NCBI GenBank assembly: GCA_963771405.1
Contig: CAVYUL010000106.1
Location: forward strand, 22,725-86,724
Length of the DNA: 64,000 nt
From: Bryobacterales bacterium
GTDB taxonomy: Bacteria > Acidobacteriota > Terriglobia > Bryobacterales > Bryobacteraceae
Reading direction: 5' to 3'
A program made the translations under genes and the position numbers. This document shows positions 1-10,209 of the stretch, piece after piece (the first letter of the stretch is position 1; each line of letters opens with the position of its first letter). The notes beneath the pieces were generated by a model, which was given only the letters and a program-made list of their open reading frames with translations, did not search any database and was not told the origin of the DNA.

Positions 1-4
1 CGCC

Positions 5-1582
5 ATGAAAGGATTTTTCGAGCAAATGTCTAACGTCGTCCAGTTTCGTAGAACAACAGCGGTGCTCACGCTGGTGGCCGCCTCTATTGGCGGCGGACTC
101 ATTGCGGCTTTCGCGGTTTCGCATAACAGCGTGCCGACGCAAGTCGTCGCCCGCGCCGATTCGAAGGGTAGTGTCGATTCCGGGCGCGTAACACAGCTAT
201 CGAATTCATTCGCCGACATTGTAGAGAAAGCATCGCCGGCGGTTGTGAAGATCACTTCCTCGCGCCTGATTAAGGCGTCGGAAGAAGGCGGAAATATGAG
301 CCCGTTCTTTAACGACCCCTTCTTCCAACAGTTCTTCGGCGGCCGCGGTCGGGGCATGCAACCGAAAGAACAGCGCGAATCCGGCCTCGGCTCCGGAGTG
401 ATTGTTTCTTCATCTGGTTACATCCTCACCAACAATCACGTGATCGACAAAGCCACCACCCTTAAGGTTGAGCTTTCCGACGGTCGCGTTTTTACCGGCA
501 AAACAGTGGGTGCCGATCCGCAGACCGACGTAGCTGTGGTAAAAATCAGCGCCGACAATTTGCCGACCATGCCCTGGGGCAACTCCGACGGGGCGCGCGT
601 GGGCGACCTTTGTTTCGCCATTGGCAATCCCTTTGGACAGGATCACACCGTAACCATGGGTATCGTTAGCGCGAAGGGTCGCGCTTTCCGTGAGGGGCAG
701 TTGAACCTGCAAAACTTCATTCAAACGGATGCTTCCATCAACCCCGGCAACTCTGGCGGCGCCTTGATCAATACCCGTGGTGAACTCATCGGCATGAACA
801 CCATGATCCTCACCGGCGGCAGCAGCATGATGGGCGGCGAAGGCGGCAGCGTGGGAATCGGCTTTGCTGTGCCTTCCGATATGGCGCACCACGTCTATGA
901 CCAGCTTGTGAAAAACGGCAAAGTGTCACGCGGTTACATTGACGTCACGCTTGGCAATGTGAATCCGGACACGGCTTCCATGCTCGGCTTGAAAGATAAC
1001 CACGGCGCCGTGATCGGCCATGTGGGCAACGGCGGTCCTGGCGACAAAGCCGGCCTCAAACAGGGCGACATCATTGTGAGCATCGACGGCAAGACGATCA
1101 ACGATGCTAACGACGCCACCATGGACGTAGTCGCGCATCAGCCAGGCGATACGATTTCGATCAATGTTGTTCGCGACGGCAAGCCCGTAAGCGCTCGCGT
1201 TACCCTCGGTCAACGCCCAACCGGTCTGCAAGCCGAAAATGGCGACAACGGGAATGACAACAACTCGTCGAATGACAGCGACGACAACAACAGCGATTCC
1301 GCTACTATTCGTGGCGTCCATGTTGGAGCGCTCACGCCCGATGTTGCTCAGCAGTTGAACGTCTCACCCAACACGAAGGGTGTCGTGGTGACCAATGTCG
1401 ATCCGGATAGCCCGGCAGTCGATACGTTGGGCCAAGGCGTGATCATTGTGGCGGTTAACCACGAGCCGGTGAAGTCGATCAGCGACTTCAAACGCTTGAT
1501 GAAAGATAGCCAAGGCAAGGCTGCTCTGATCACTTACATGTTCAACGGCAGCATGGGCTACGCGGCCATTCCGGCCAAGTAA
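5..1582 (+). CDS. htrA: HtrA/DegP-family serine endoprotease with two C-terminal PDZ domains
   Basis: 525-aa ORF. N-terminal hydrophobic anchor (AVLTLVAASIGGGLIAAFAV). Trypsin-fold motifs TNNHVI (His) and GNSGGALIN (Ser). Two PDZ-like blocks separated by an Asn/Asp/Ser-rich linker. Followed by an intrinsic terminator. Confidence 0.9.
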   Translation: MKGFFEQMSNVVQFRRTTAVLTLVAASIGGGLIAAFAVSHNSVPTQVVARADSKGSVDSGRVTQLSNSFADIVEKASPAVVKITSSRLIKASEEGGNMSPFFNDPFFQQFFGGRGRGMQPKEQRESGLGSGVIVSSSGYILTNNHVIDKATTLKVELSDGRVFTGKTVGADPQTDVAVVKISADNLPTMPWGNSDGARVGDLCFAIGNPFGQDHTVTMGIVSAKGRAFREGQLNLQNFIQTDASINPGNSGGALINTRGELIGMNTMILTGGSSMMGGEGGSVGIGFAVPSDMAHHVYDQLVKNGKVSRGYIDVTLGNVNPDTASMLGLKDNHGAVIGHVGNGGPGDKAGLKQGDIIVSIDGKTINDANDATMDVVAHQPGDTISINVVRDGKPVSARVTLGQRPTGLQAENGDNGNDNNSSNDSDDNNSDSATIRGVHVGALTPDVAQQLNVSPNTKGVVVTNVDPDSPAVDTLGQGVIIVAVNHEPVKSISDFKRLMKDSQGKAALITYMFNGSMGYAAIPAK

Positions 1583-1602
1583 CAACTTTGCGCTAGACAA
1601 AC

Positions 1603-1641
1603 GGCCCGGAGTTGGAACACTTCCACTCCGGGCCTTTTTTT
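1603..1641 (+). terminator. Rho-independent terminator downstream of htrA
   Basis: GGCCCGGAG(T)TGGAA-CAC-TTCCACTCCGGGCC hairpin (about 14 bp stem) followed directly by T7. It starts 21 nt after the htrA stop. Confidence 0.8.
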
Positions 1642-1741
1642 AGCATCCGAAAAATGTGAGCGCGGGAGACGCAGAAAATCGTAGCAGCTTGCTGCCGTAT
1701 CTCTGCATCCAAATCGTAGTAGGAGAAAGTAGGAAACCAAG

Positions 1742-4099
1742 TTGTCTAATAACAACAACAATTTGCAATCGCTGCCGGCTTTACCGCTGAAAAACACTAT
1801 TCTGTTTCCTGGTTTGTTGCTGCCCCTGAGCGTGGGTCGCGAAAGCTCGTTAAAAGCGGTACAGACGGCGCTAAAAAGCGAAGAGAAAGAAGTCATTCTC
1901 ATCGCCCAGCGCGATCCCCAGGTGGATAGCCCTGAGCAGGATGACCTGTACACGATCGGCACCAAGGCTGTGATTCGAAAATCATCGCGGCCCAATGACG
2001 GCGTGATGGAGATTCTGGTGCTCGGTATGGAGCGGGTTGTGGTGGTGAAGCTTGAAGCAGAGGACGGGTTTCTTCAGGCCAAATACCGCGTGCTGTCTGT
2101 CCCGGAAGATGGCGGTTCGGAAGTAGAGGCTTTATCCGGCGCACTACTCGAATTGGCTGCTAAAGCAATCACGCTCGCCCAGCCACAAACCGCGCCCGAA
2201 ATTTCGCGCATGCTGGCGGCGAGTGACGATCCGTTGAAACTTGCTTACCTGTTGGCTAGCATTTTTAGCTTGGATGTGGCGCGTGAACAGGAACTGCTCG
2301 AAGCTGAGACTCGCGTTGACGCATTACGGCTCGTTCACCGCTACCTGTCTCACGAGTTGCAGGTTCTCGAACTGCGGCAAAAGATCGCTTCCAACGCGCG
2401 CGACGAAATGTCGAAAGAGCAGCGCGACTATTTGCTGAAGCAGCAAATGCGCGCCATCCAGCAGGAACTCGGCGAAAAAGACGGCGAAAAAGCCGAAATT
2501 GAATTGATCCGTGAGCGCTTCGAAAAGGCCAACTTGCCCGAAGAAGCGAAAAAAGATTTCGAACGCGAGCTCGCCAAACTGGAGCGGCTGCCGAGTTCGG
2601 CGCCCGATTTTCACGTCATTCGCGGCTATCTCGAATTCGTTCTCGATCTGCCGTGGAACGAACTCACCGCCGACAACCTCGATATTCCCCATGCCCGAAC
2701 CGTACTTGATGAAGACCACTTCGGTCTCAAAGAAGTGAAAGAGCGCATTCTCGAACATCTCAGCGTGTTGAAACGCAACCCCGGCGCGAAAGCTCCCATC
2801 CTTTGCCTGGTGGGCGCTCCGGGCGTCGGCAAAACTTCATTGGGCCAATCCGTCGCCCGCGCCCTGGGACGCAAGTTTGAACGCTTCAGTTTGGGCGGCA
2901 TGCATGACGAGGCCGAATTGCGCGGCCATCGCCGAACCTACATCGGCGCCATGGCGGGCCGTCTGCTGCAAGCCATGCGTCGTGCCGGCGCTCGCAATCC
3001 TGTCTTGTTGCTCGACGAAGTCGATAAGCTCGGACGCGATTTCCGCGGCGATCCGGCTGCGGCCCTGCTCGAAGTGCTCGACCCCGAACAGAACAAGACC
3101 TTCCGCGATAACTATCTCGACATGGCTTTCGATCTGTCGAAGGTGCTGTTCATTACCACCGCGAACTCGCTCGATACCATTCCGCAACCGTTGCTCGACC
3201 GTATGGAAATCCTGCGGCTTTCCGGCTACAGTGAGGAAGAGAAGCAGCAGATTGCGCGGCGCTATCTGATTCCGAAACAGCTGAAGGCTACCGGCCTGAG
3301 CGACGAACAGGTCGAATTCACCGACGAGGGCCTGCAGTCGATTATTCGCAACTACACTCGCGAAGCCGGCCTGCGGCGTCTCGAACGCGCCATCGCGCGC
3401 GTTACCCGCAAGATCACGCTGCGGTTTGCCGAAAACGAGGAGCAGAAGGTGTTCGTCACGCCCGATGTTTTGGGCGATATGCTCGGACCTGAACTGTTCC
3501 AAGCTGAGCAAATGCGTAAGAACGTTCCCCCGGGAGTAGTGACCGGCTTGGCCTGGACCGAAAGCGGCGGCGATGTGCTGTACATCGAAAGCGCTCTTCT
3601 ACCAAACGGTAAGGGCCTGACGCTGACCGGCCAACTCGGCGAAGTGATGCAGGAATCGGCGAAAATCGCCCAGAGCTACATCTGGTCGCATGCGGCCGAT
3701 CTCGGCATCGATCCAGAGAAGATCAAAGAAAACGGCGTTCACGTTGCATGTGCCCGCCGGCGGCATTCCGAAAGATGGACCTTCCGCTGGCGTCACGATG
3801 ACAAGCGCGATGGCGTCGCTCTATACGGGCTTCCGGCTCGCAACGATATCGCCATGACTGGCGAAGTCACACTCGCTGGCTTGGTCCTACCGATCGGCGG
3901 CGTCAAAGAGAAAGTGCTGGCTGCCCGCCGTACTGGCATCAACCGCGTGATCATGCCGCAAGGCAATAAGAAGGACTTGCGCGATCTGCCCGATCACGTC
4001 CGGCAGGAAATGCAGTTCCACTTTGTGGACCGCGTGGAAGAGGTGCTCTCCATTGTGATTCCGGGCATCAATGTGCGCAGCCTGGCAATCGCCAGCTAA
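1742..4099 (+). CDS. lon: ATP-dependent Lon protease (LonA type); active-site Ser block is out of frame
   Basis: 785-aa ORF with a TTG start. N-terminal LON domain ([20 protein letters not shown]), Walker [10 protein letters not shown], Walker B LLLDEVDK, catalytic-Lys block [15 protein letters not shown]. The expected PKDGPSAG block appears only when nt 3747-3830 are read in the +1 frame (see finding). Confidence 0.85.
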   Translation: MSNNNNNLQSLPALPLKNTILFPGLLLPLSVGRESSLKAVQTALKSEEKEVILIAQRDPQVDSPEQDDLYTIGTKAVIRKSSRPNDGVMEILVLGMERVVVVKLEAEDGFLQAKYRVLSVPEDGGSEVEALSGALLELAAKAITLAQPQTAPEISRMLAASDDPLKLAYLLASIFSLDVAREQELLEAETRVDALRLVHRYLSHELQVLELRQKIASNARDEMSKEQRDYLLKQQMRAIQQELGEKDGEKAEIELIRERFEKANLPEEAKKDFERELAKLERLPSSAPDFHVIRGYLEFVLDLPWNELTADNLDIPHARTVLDEDHFGLKEVKERILEHLSVLKRNPGAKAPILCLVGAPGVGKTSLGQSVARALGRKFERFSLGGMHDEAELRGHRRTYIGAMAGRLLQAMRRAGARNPVLLLDEVDKLGRDFRGDPAAALLEVLDPEQNKTFRDNYLDMAFDLSKVLFITTANSLDTIPQPLLDRMEILRLSGYSEEEKQQIARRYLIPKQLKATGLSDEQVEFTDEGLQSIIRNYTREAGLRRLERAIARVTRKITLRFAENEEQKVFVTPDVLGDMLGPELFQAEQMRKNVPPGVVTGLAWTESGGDVLYIESALLPNGKGLTLTGQLGEVMQESAKIAQSYIWSHAADLGIDPEKIKENGVHVACARRRHSERWTFRWRHDDKRDGVALYGLPARNDIAMTGEVTLAGLVLPIGGVKEKVLAARRTGINRVIMPQGNKKDLRDLPDHVRQEMQFHFVDRVEEVLSIVIPGINVRSLAIAS

Positions 4100-4142
4100 C
4101 CGCTGGCGAGGCTCCAGCCACCGGAATGCGGGGTCACGCGAA

Positions 4143-4235
4143 GCCAACGGGGACTGTCTCCTCTGTCCCTACAGATTACTGCTTCAAACGTCCTCGGTCT
4201 AACTTCGGTGGACAGAGTAGACTGTCCCCGTTGGC
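4143..4235. repeat. Long imperfect inverted repeat (26-nt arms, 41-nt spacer) between lon and the BNR gene
   Basis: Arm 1 (4143-4168) is GCCAACGGGGACTGTCTCCTCTGTCC. Arm 2 (4210-4235) is GGACAGAGTAGACTGTCCCCGTTGGC. The reverse complement of arm 2 differs from arm 1 at 2 positions. Confidence 0.7.
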
Positions 4236-4297
4236 ACGACGGTAACGCCGAGTGTTTTCCGGCAAGAAGGGCGGGCGAAGGATGATACTGTTGCCAA

Positions 4298-6640
4298 GTG
4301 GCTAACTGGTATCTTCTTTTTCCCGCCCTTTTTGCGTTTGCGCAGATGCCCCAGAGCTATAGCGCGCCCAGGCTCGATTCCTGGAAGGTGATCGGGCCCG
4401 GCGGCGGTGGCGCGCAATTCAATCCGACAGTCAGTCCAGTCAATCCCAACTTGGCTCTGGTGAACTGCGATATGACCGGAGCCTACATCAGTGAAGATGG
4501 CGGAGACACGTGGCGCATGTTCAACCTTCGCGGCGTTGTCCGGTTCTTTGTCCCTGATCCGCTGGATGCGAACATCATCTATGCCGCCACCGAAGGCCTT
4601 TACCGGAGCAAAGACAAGGGCCGCACTTGGGCTCTCCTCTATCCAAAGCCTGAAGACGTGACAGGTGTGGCCATCAATGGGGACCATGCTGAGGAATCGA
4701 TCCTCACCCGCGGGAATGAGAAACCGCGAGTAGACGCCCTCGCAGTGGATCCGGCCGATTCCTCAAAATTGTTCGCCGTGATCTCTAGCGGCAAAACCGC
4801 AAAGCTCTATGAGTCCTCTGATGGCGGCGGCGCTTGGCGCGCTCTGGCTGACGTCCCACTCACTCGCAAAATTTACCTCGATCCCGAGTCCGCGCGCGCT
4901 AGCCGCACCCTCTATGTGGTCGGCGAGAATCGAATCAGCATTTTCGAAAACGGAACTCTGCGTACTGAACCCGCAATTGCCGGCGTGGAGCGATTCTTGG
5001 ATATCTCCGCCGGTTTCGAAAAGGGTCAACCAGAACCGTTTTTCTACGCTGTTTCGGGCATCGACTGGCGCGGCGGCGAAAGTGGAGTCACCGGTTTATT
5101 CACCTCACGCGATGGCGGCGCAAATTGGCAGACCGTGTCGACTGATTTTCTTTCCGCCGCTCCTGCGAATTCGCGCCAGCTCGAACTTCGTGCCGTCGCT
5201 ACCAGCCTCAGCCATCCGGAAACCGCTTATCTTTCTTTTCATGATCACTCTCCCGCGATCTCCCAGGCGCAACAAACCATGGGCGTGGCTAAAACGAGTG
5301 ACGCCGGTCAGACGTGGCAGATCGTTTGGCAGGACCGTGAGCACAGCGCCGCGAAGAACGTGCAGGATCCCTGGATTGTTCAGCGTTTCGGCCCCGCCTG
5401 GGGGGACAATCCATTCGCCTTTGGTGTTTCTCCCAACAATCCGGATCTCTGTTTCGCCACCGACTTTGGAAGAACGACCCGCACTCGCGATGGCGGCAAA
5501 ACCTGGCGCGGCGTTTATTCGCAGCGTCTTTCAGAAGGCGTTGTCACTACCACCGGCCTGGACGTATTGACCACGCATGGCATCCATTTCGATCCGTTCG
5601 ATCCGGATCATTGGCTGGTCAGCTTTACCGATATTGGAATGTTTGAAAGCCGCGCTGGCGATGCTTGGCGTGAAGCGACCAGCCGTGGCATTCCCGATGA
5701 CTGGCAGAACACTTCATACTGGGTCGTTTTCGATCCTAAGATCAGAGGACGTGTTTGGGCCGTAGTGAGCGACACGCACGATCTGCCCAGGCCAAAAATG
5801 TTCCGCCGCGCCGGTACAAAAAGTTATCAAGGCGGCGTGGTGATCAGTGAAGACGGCGGACGCAGTTGGCGCCCCAGTTCTGACGGGATGACGGAAACCG
5901 CACCTACCCATATCTTGCTCGATGCCAACAGCGGCCCAAACTCGCGAACGCTCTACGTCACTGCGTTCGGACGCGGCGTTTACAAATCGGTAGACGGCGG
6001 CAAACACTGGCTTTTGAAAAACCAGGGAATCGAAGGAAGCGAGCCGTTCGTCTGGCGATTGGCGCAAGACTCGCGCGGCACGCTGTATCTGTTGCTCGCC
6101 CGTCGCAGTGAAGACGGAAGCATTGGGAATGCGCAAGACGGAGCGCTTTATCGGTCGCGCGATGGCGCCGAACATTGGGAGAAACTCGCTCTTCCTCAAG
6201 GCTGCAACGGGCCGAACGGGATCGCGATTGACCCCAAGGACGATCAACGCCTTTACTTAGCGGCTTGGGGACGTAAAACTCACGAGCTGCGCGATACCGG
6301 CGGCGGCATCTTCGTATCATCCGACGCAGGGAAAAGTTGGCGTCACGTCTTAGAAAAAGATCAGCACGTTTTCGATGTGACCATTGATCTGCGAAATCCT
6401 GAGACGCTCTACGCCACAGGCTTTGAGTCTTCCGTCTGGAAATCAGTGGACCGAGGCGAAAACTGGCTGCGTGTGAGAGGCTACAACTTCAAATGGGGCC
6501 AGCGCGTGATCGTTGATCCGAAGAACGCCGGCATGATCTATGTCTGCACGTACGGCGGAGCTATTTGGCACGGACCGGCGGAGACTGGCGGCGCCCCTTC
6601 CGGCGACATCGTCACCGAAGTCATGCGACCCGGGCATTGA
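4298..6640 (+). CDS. BNR/Asp-box repeat beta-propeller protein (sortilin/VPS10- or GH74-like glycosidase family)
   Basis: 780-aa ORF (GTG start) with a signal-like N-terminus. Eleven Asp-box motifs S/T-x-D-x-G-x-x-W: SEDGGDTW, SKDKGRTW, SSDGGGAW, SRDGGANW, TSDAGQTW, TRDGGKTW, SEDGGRSW, SVDGGKHW, SRDGAEHW, SSDAGKSW, SVDRGENW. Confidence 0.75.
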   Translation: MANWYLLFPALFAFAQMPQSYSAPRLDSWKVIGPGGGGAQFNPTVSPVNPNLALVNCDMTGAYISEDGGDTWRMFNLRGVVRFFVPDPLDANIIYAATEGLYRSKDKGRTWALLYPKPEDVTGVAINGDHAEESILTRGNEKPRVDALAVDPADSSKLFAVISSGKTAKLYESSDGGGAWRALADVPLTRKIYLDPESARASRTLYVVGENRISIFENGTLRTEPAIAGVERFLDISAGFEKGQPEPFFYAVSGIDWRGGESGVTGLFTSRDGGANWQTVSTDFLSAAPANSRQLELRAVATSLSHPETAYLSFHDHSPAISQAQQTMGVAKTSDAGQTWQIVWQDREHSAAKNVQDPWIVQRFGPAWGDNPFAFGVSPNNPDLCFATDFGRTTRTRDGGKTWRGVYSQRLSEGVVTTTGLDVLTTHGIHFDPFDPDHWLVSFTDIGMFESRAGDAWREATSRGIPDDWQNTSYWVVFDPKIRGRVWAVVSDTHDLPRPKMFRRAGTKSYQGGVVISEDGGRSWRPSSDGMTETAPTHILLDANSGPNSRTLYVTAFGRGVYKSVDGGKHWLLKNQGIEGSEPFVWRLAQDSRGTLYLLLARRSEDGSIGNAQDGALYRSRDGAEHWEKLALPQGCNGPNGIAIDPKDDQRLYLAAWGRKTHELRDTGGGIFVSSDAGKSWRHVLEKDQHVFDVTIDLRNPETLYATGFESSVWKSVDRGENWLRVRGYNFKWGQRVIVDPKNAGMIYVCTYGGAIWHGPAETGGAPSGDIVTEVMRPGH

Positions 6641-6641
6641 T

Positions 6642-8141
6642 TCACTTTTCCAACCGAGGCGGCGTCCCGAATTGTTTCTCAAAGAGCTGCATCATCCATT
6701 TTCGATGCGCCGTAATGTAGTTGTTGAAAAGCTCAGGATGCGCCGGATCGAAGCTGGGTTCGGCTGTGTCAAAGATGCTCGGGATCTCGCTGGCCGGACT
6801 CCGTGTGCCGGTTGCGTCTGACGGACGATCCACAATGTTGCCGTAGTAATGATTTCCCTCGAAGACAATTCCTTTTGCCGGAGCCCAGCCGGGCGCAATC
6901 ACATAAGTGCCGTCTTTGCTCGCAGCAGCGGCGTGGCCGAATCTCCCGGTCCCATCGACATAGAAATAGTTGTTTCGAAACACCGCGCCGTCGGCCCATC
7001 CTTGCCAATCGGTCGCAATCAGCAGTTGCACATCCATGTCATGCCCGACGTAGAAAGCGTTGTCGTGCACCTGTGTGTCGGTGGCAGCGCTGAGATTGAA
7101 GATTCGTGTATGATCATCACGGCTGATGTTATAGCGAACCTCCGTGCCAATGTTCCCCAGGTTATCGGTGTCATGCTTACCAGGCGTACAGATCAGCATG
7201 AAGCCGCCGTCGTTATCGTGCCCGTAGTTGTATTGAAACAACGTGCGCCGCGAATTGTAATCCGAATCGAAGCCCTCGCCATCTAATGTGCCATGTGTGT
7301 AAGCGGCCTCGTTCAGTTGAAAGATGGAGTTATCGGTGCTCCAAGGCCAAATGCCCGCGTTGTAGCTGTGGGCGCGCTGGTTTGCATGCAGCGCGATGTT
7401 GTGCTCCACAATTACCCGGTCGGTCACCCAGGGCACAATCCCATCGCCGCCGGTATCCTCCACAAAATTATCGCGAATCACCACGTGCAGGCTTGGGAAC
7501 CAGCGGCTTCGCGGCCAGTGAGAACTCTGGGCCGCGATCCCGGAGCGATCCACCTTCCAGACAATATTCCGCTCAATCGATAAGCCATCAAAACGAGTGG
7601 GTTTCCGGTCGCCCAGCGTTCGAAAAATGATGCCGCCGTTATCTTTGGCATTATCGCCGTTTCCATTGCTTCCATTGACATCGTGAACGTAAAGCCCTGC
7701 CAGCACAACGTGATGCGCGGTTCCAAAGTTCTCGAGAAACACATGAACTCCGCGGCGATGCGCGCCCGGCTCCGGGCCGAGATTTGTAACCTCTAAATCC
7801 CGCACTTCCACATACTCCGCGTTGTAAACCCGCACAGCATCTTCAAACTTGCCTTCGGCGTCAATACGGGGCAGGGAACCGGCGCCATAGCGTCCCACGG
7901 TGATAGGCTTCTTTTCACCACCGGAAGATTGCAGGATCAAATTTCCCTGCCATTTCTGACCGCTCCGAAACAGGATGCGATCCCCCGGATGAAACGCGGT
8001 CGCATTCACCGTCTCCAAACTTTTCCACGGCGTTGCTTCGGAAGTGCCGGCACTTTTGTCGTCGCCGATACTCGCATCCAAATAAAACGTCGTGGCCGAA
8101 ACCAGCGTCGCCTGCAGCAAAAGGATCACACTAAATCTCAT
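6642..8141 (-). CDS. Secreted right-handed parallel beta-helix repeat protein (pectate-lyase-fold like)
   Basis: 499-aa ORF with signal peptide MRFSVILLLQATLVSATT. Repetitive short strand and Asn/Gly/Asp turn pattern typical of beta-helix proteins. Family assigned by recall only. Confidence 0.5.
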   Translation of the reverse strand: MRFSVILLLQATLVSATTFYLDASIGDDKSAGTSEATPWKSLETVNATAFHPGDRILFRSGQKWQGNLILQSSGGEKKPITVGRYGAGSLPRIDAEGKFEDAVRVYNAEYVEVRDLEVTNLGPEPGAHRRGVHVFLENFGTAHHVVLAGLYVHDVNGSNGNGDNAKDNGGIIFRTLGDRKPTRFDGLSIERNIVWKVDRSGIAAQSSHWPRSRWFPSLHVVIRDNFVEDTGGDGIVPWVTDRVIVEHNIALHANQRAHSYNAGIWPWSTDNSIFQLNEAAYTHGTLDGEGFDSDYNSRRTLFQYNYGHDNDGGFMLICTPGKHDTDNLGNIGTEVRYNISRDDHTRIFNLSAATDTQVHDNAFYVGHDMDVQLLIATDWQGWADGAVFRNNYFYVDGTGRFGHAAAASKDGTYVIAPGWAPAKGIVFEGNHYYGNIVDRPSDATGTRSPASEIPSIFDTAEPSFDPAHPELFNNYITAHRKWMMQLFEKQFGTPPRLEK

Positions 8142-8169
8142 CGGAGGCTTATCGTATCAGAGCGTTGCT

Positions 8170-10200
8170 ATGCTGGCTCCTGTGAGTCCGTATACACGCC
8201 GGCTGGCGTTGCTCGCCGCGCTCGTGATCGTATCCTGTTCCCCGCGCGCAACCGAGTCGAATCAATCGGCGTCCTCTTTCCGGCCAATGAATGTTTTGCT
8301 GGTCACGGTGGACACTTTGCGTGCCGATCGTCTCCACTGTTACGGGAACAACAATATCGAAACGCCCACTTTCGACGCATTAGCCGCCCGCGGCGCGCAG
8401 TTCATGAATGCCGTAACCCAGGTTCCACTCACTACGCCCTCACACGCCAGCATCTTCACCGGCACAAACCCGAACGTTCACCAAGTCCGTAACACCGGCG
8501 GATTCGTTCTCAAATCTTCCGCACAAACCATTGCCACAATCTTGTCGGCCCGCGGCTGGAACACTGCCGCCTTCGTGAGCGCGTCCGTTTTGAAAAGAGC
8601 CTTCGGCTTTGCTAACGGTTTCGCCGTGTATGACGATCTCATGCCCAGTTCCTCTCAGGCCGGGGAAGAGAGCGAAGCGTCGGAGATTCGTGCCGGTGAG
8701 GTGGTGAATCGAATTGACGAGTGGATTGCCAAAGCCTCAGACCAGCCATTCTTCCTCTGGGCTCACTTTTACGATCCGCATGAGCCATACGATCCGCCGG
8801 AACCGTTTCACTCGAAATACCGGGCGAATCTATACGATGGCGAAATCGCTTACGTTGACCAGCAATTGGGCCGCTTGCTCGATATCGTTTCTAAGAATTC
8901 GCATGGCAAGCAGACGCTCATCGTGGTTCTTTCCGACCACGGCGAAAGCCTTGGCGATCATGGTGAATTCAATCACGGCGTCTTTCTGTATGACTCTACT
9001 TTGCGAGTGCCCTTATTGATGGCCGGCCCCGGCGTACCGGTTACCAAAGTGAGCCTCCAGGCACGTACGATTGACATCTTACCGACCATTGTTGATTTAC
9101 TGGCAGGCGATCGCCCGGCCGGTATTCAAGGGGTCAGTTTGGTCCCGGCTCTATCCGGCAAGGCCGTTGCTACTACGTACTCGTACGAAGAAACCCTCTA
9201 CCCGAAAATGAATATGGGCTGGGCAGAATTGCGTGGCGTACGGACCGAAAAATGGAAATACATCCACGCGCCGAAGCCCGAACTGTATGACTTGGCCTCC
9301 GATCCAAACGAAAAAAACAACGTCATTTCCGCTCACCCTAATGAAGCCCAAGAATTAGAAACGAAACTTCGCGCCATGAGCCGCGTAGCTGCCGGTTCTT
9401 CCGAAAGCGTTACTGAAACCCAAATGGATTCGCGCACTTTGGCGCAGTTGAAATCTCTAGGCTATCTCTCGGGCGCCGCCGGCGGCGATATCCATCTTGA
9501 CGGCACCGGTGCCGACCCCAAAGATCGAATCGGCACGCTTCTGGCTTTCCAAAAAGCCTTGGGTCCCGAATCGCGAAACTTACCCGAAGCCCGGAAAATT
9601 ACCTTCCTGAAACAAGCATTAGCAAATGATGAGTCGAACCCCTCGCTCTACTTCTATCTGACCGCCGAATACGAAAAAGCCGGTCGCTACGACCAAGCCA
9701 TGGCCACTTGTCAAGCCGCTGAAAAACGCGGCATCGCCAACGGCCGGTTGCTGTCTCGCATGGGAGATCTATATCTCAGGGTCGGCAACAAAGAGGCAGC
9801 CATCGCGGCCTTTGAGAAAGCCGCGCAACACAATCCGTTCGATTATGAGAGCGAAACCAACCTGGGTACAGCCTATCTCGAAAAACAAGATCTTCCCAAC
9901 GCCGAACGTTGTTTCCGCTGGGCGTTAACTGTGGAAGATTTCGCTCCGGCCGAGAACGGCCTGGGATTGGTCGCCATTCAAAGACAAGATTCCGCGAACG
10001 CCAAACAGTATTTCGAACGTGCCAGCGCCCTGGACCCGACTCTGGTCGAGGCACAACTGAATCTGGGTCTTCTCTACAAAATGGCCGGAGACATACCGCG
10101 TTCGCGCGAGCATTTTTCCGCATTCCTGGCCCATGCTTCAGCGGCAAAATACAGCAAGATCATTCCGCAGGTAAAACAGGAATTGGCGGCCTTGCATTAA
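8170..10200 (+). CDS. Sulfatase-like (alkaline phosphatase superfamily) hydrolase/transferase fused to C-terminal TPR repeats
   Basis: The ORF is open from 8092, but ATG 8170 gives a lipoprotein-like signal (LLAALVIVSCS). Core motifs LLVTVDTLRADRL, PLTTPSHASIFTG and VVLSDHGESLGDHGEFNHG. The last ~230 aa are TPR-like repeats. Confidence 0.8.
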   Translation: MLAPVSPYTRRLALLAALVIVSCSPRATESNQSASSFRPMNVLLVTVDTLRADRLHCYGNNNIETPTFDALAARGAQFMNAVTQVPLTTPSHASIFTGTNPNVHQVRNTGGFVLKSSAQTIATILSARGWNTAAFVSASVLKRAFGFANGFAVYDDLMPSSSQAGEESEASEIRAGEVVNRIDEWIAKASDQPFFLWAHFYDPHEPYDPPEPFHSKYRANLYDGEIAYVDQQLGRLLDIVSKNSHGKQTLIVVLSDHGESLGDHGEFNHGVFLYDSTLRVPLLMAGPGVPVTKVSLQARTIDILPTIVDLLAGDRPAGIQGVSLVPALSGKAVATTYSYEETLYPKMNMGWAELRGVRTEKWKYIHAPKPELYDLASDPNEKNNVISAHPNEAQELETKLRAMSRVAAGSSESVTETQMDSRTLAQLKSLGYLSGAAGGDIHLDGTGADPKDRIGTLLAFQKALGPESRNLPEARKITFLKQALANDESNPSLYFYLTAEYEKAGRYDQAMATCQAAEKRGIANGRLLSRMGDLYLRVGNKEAAIAAFEKAAQHNPFDYESETNLGTAYLEKQDLPNAERCFRWALTVEDFAPAENGLGLVAIQRQDSANAKQYFERASALDPTLVEAQLNLGLLYKMAGDIPRSREHFSAFLAHASAAKYSKIIPQVKQELAALH

Positions 10201-10209
10201 CCACCCTGT

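Noticed and set aside
1213-1300. Asn/Asp/Ser-rich run in htrA (ENGDNGNDNNSSNDSDDNNSDS), plus the N5 run at the start of lon
   Set aside because: These are inter-domain or N-terminal low-complexity linkers inside clearly intact genes. There is no independent signal.
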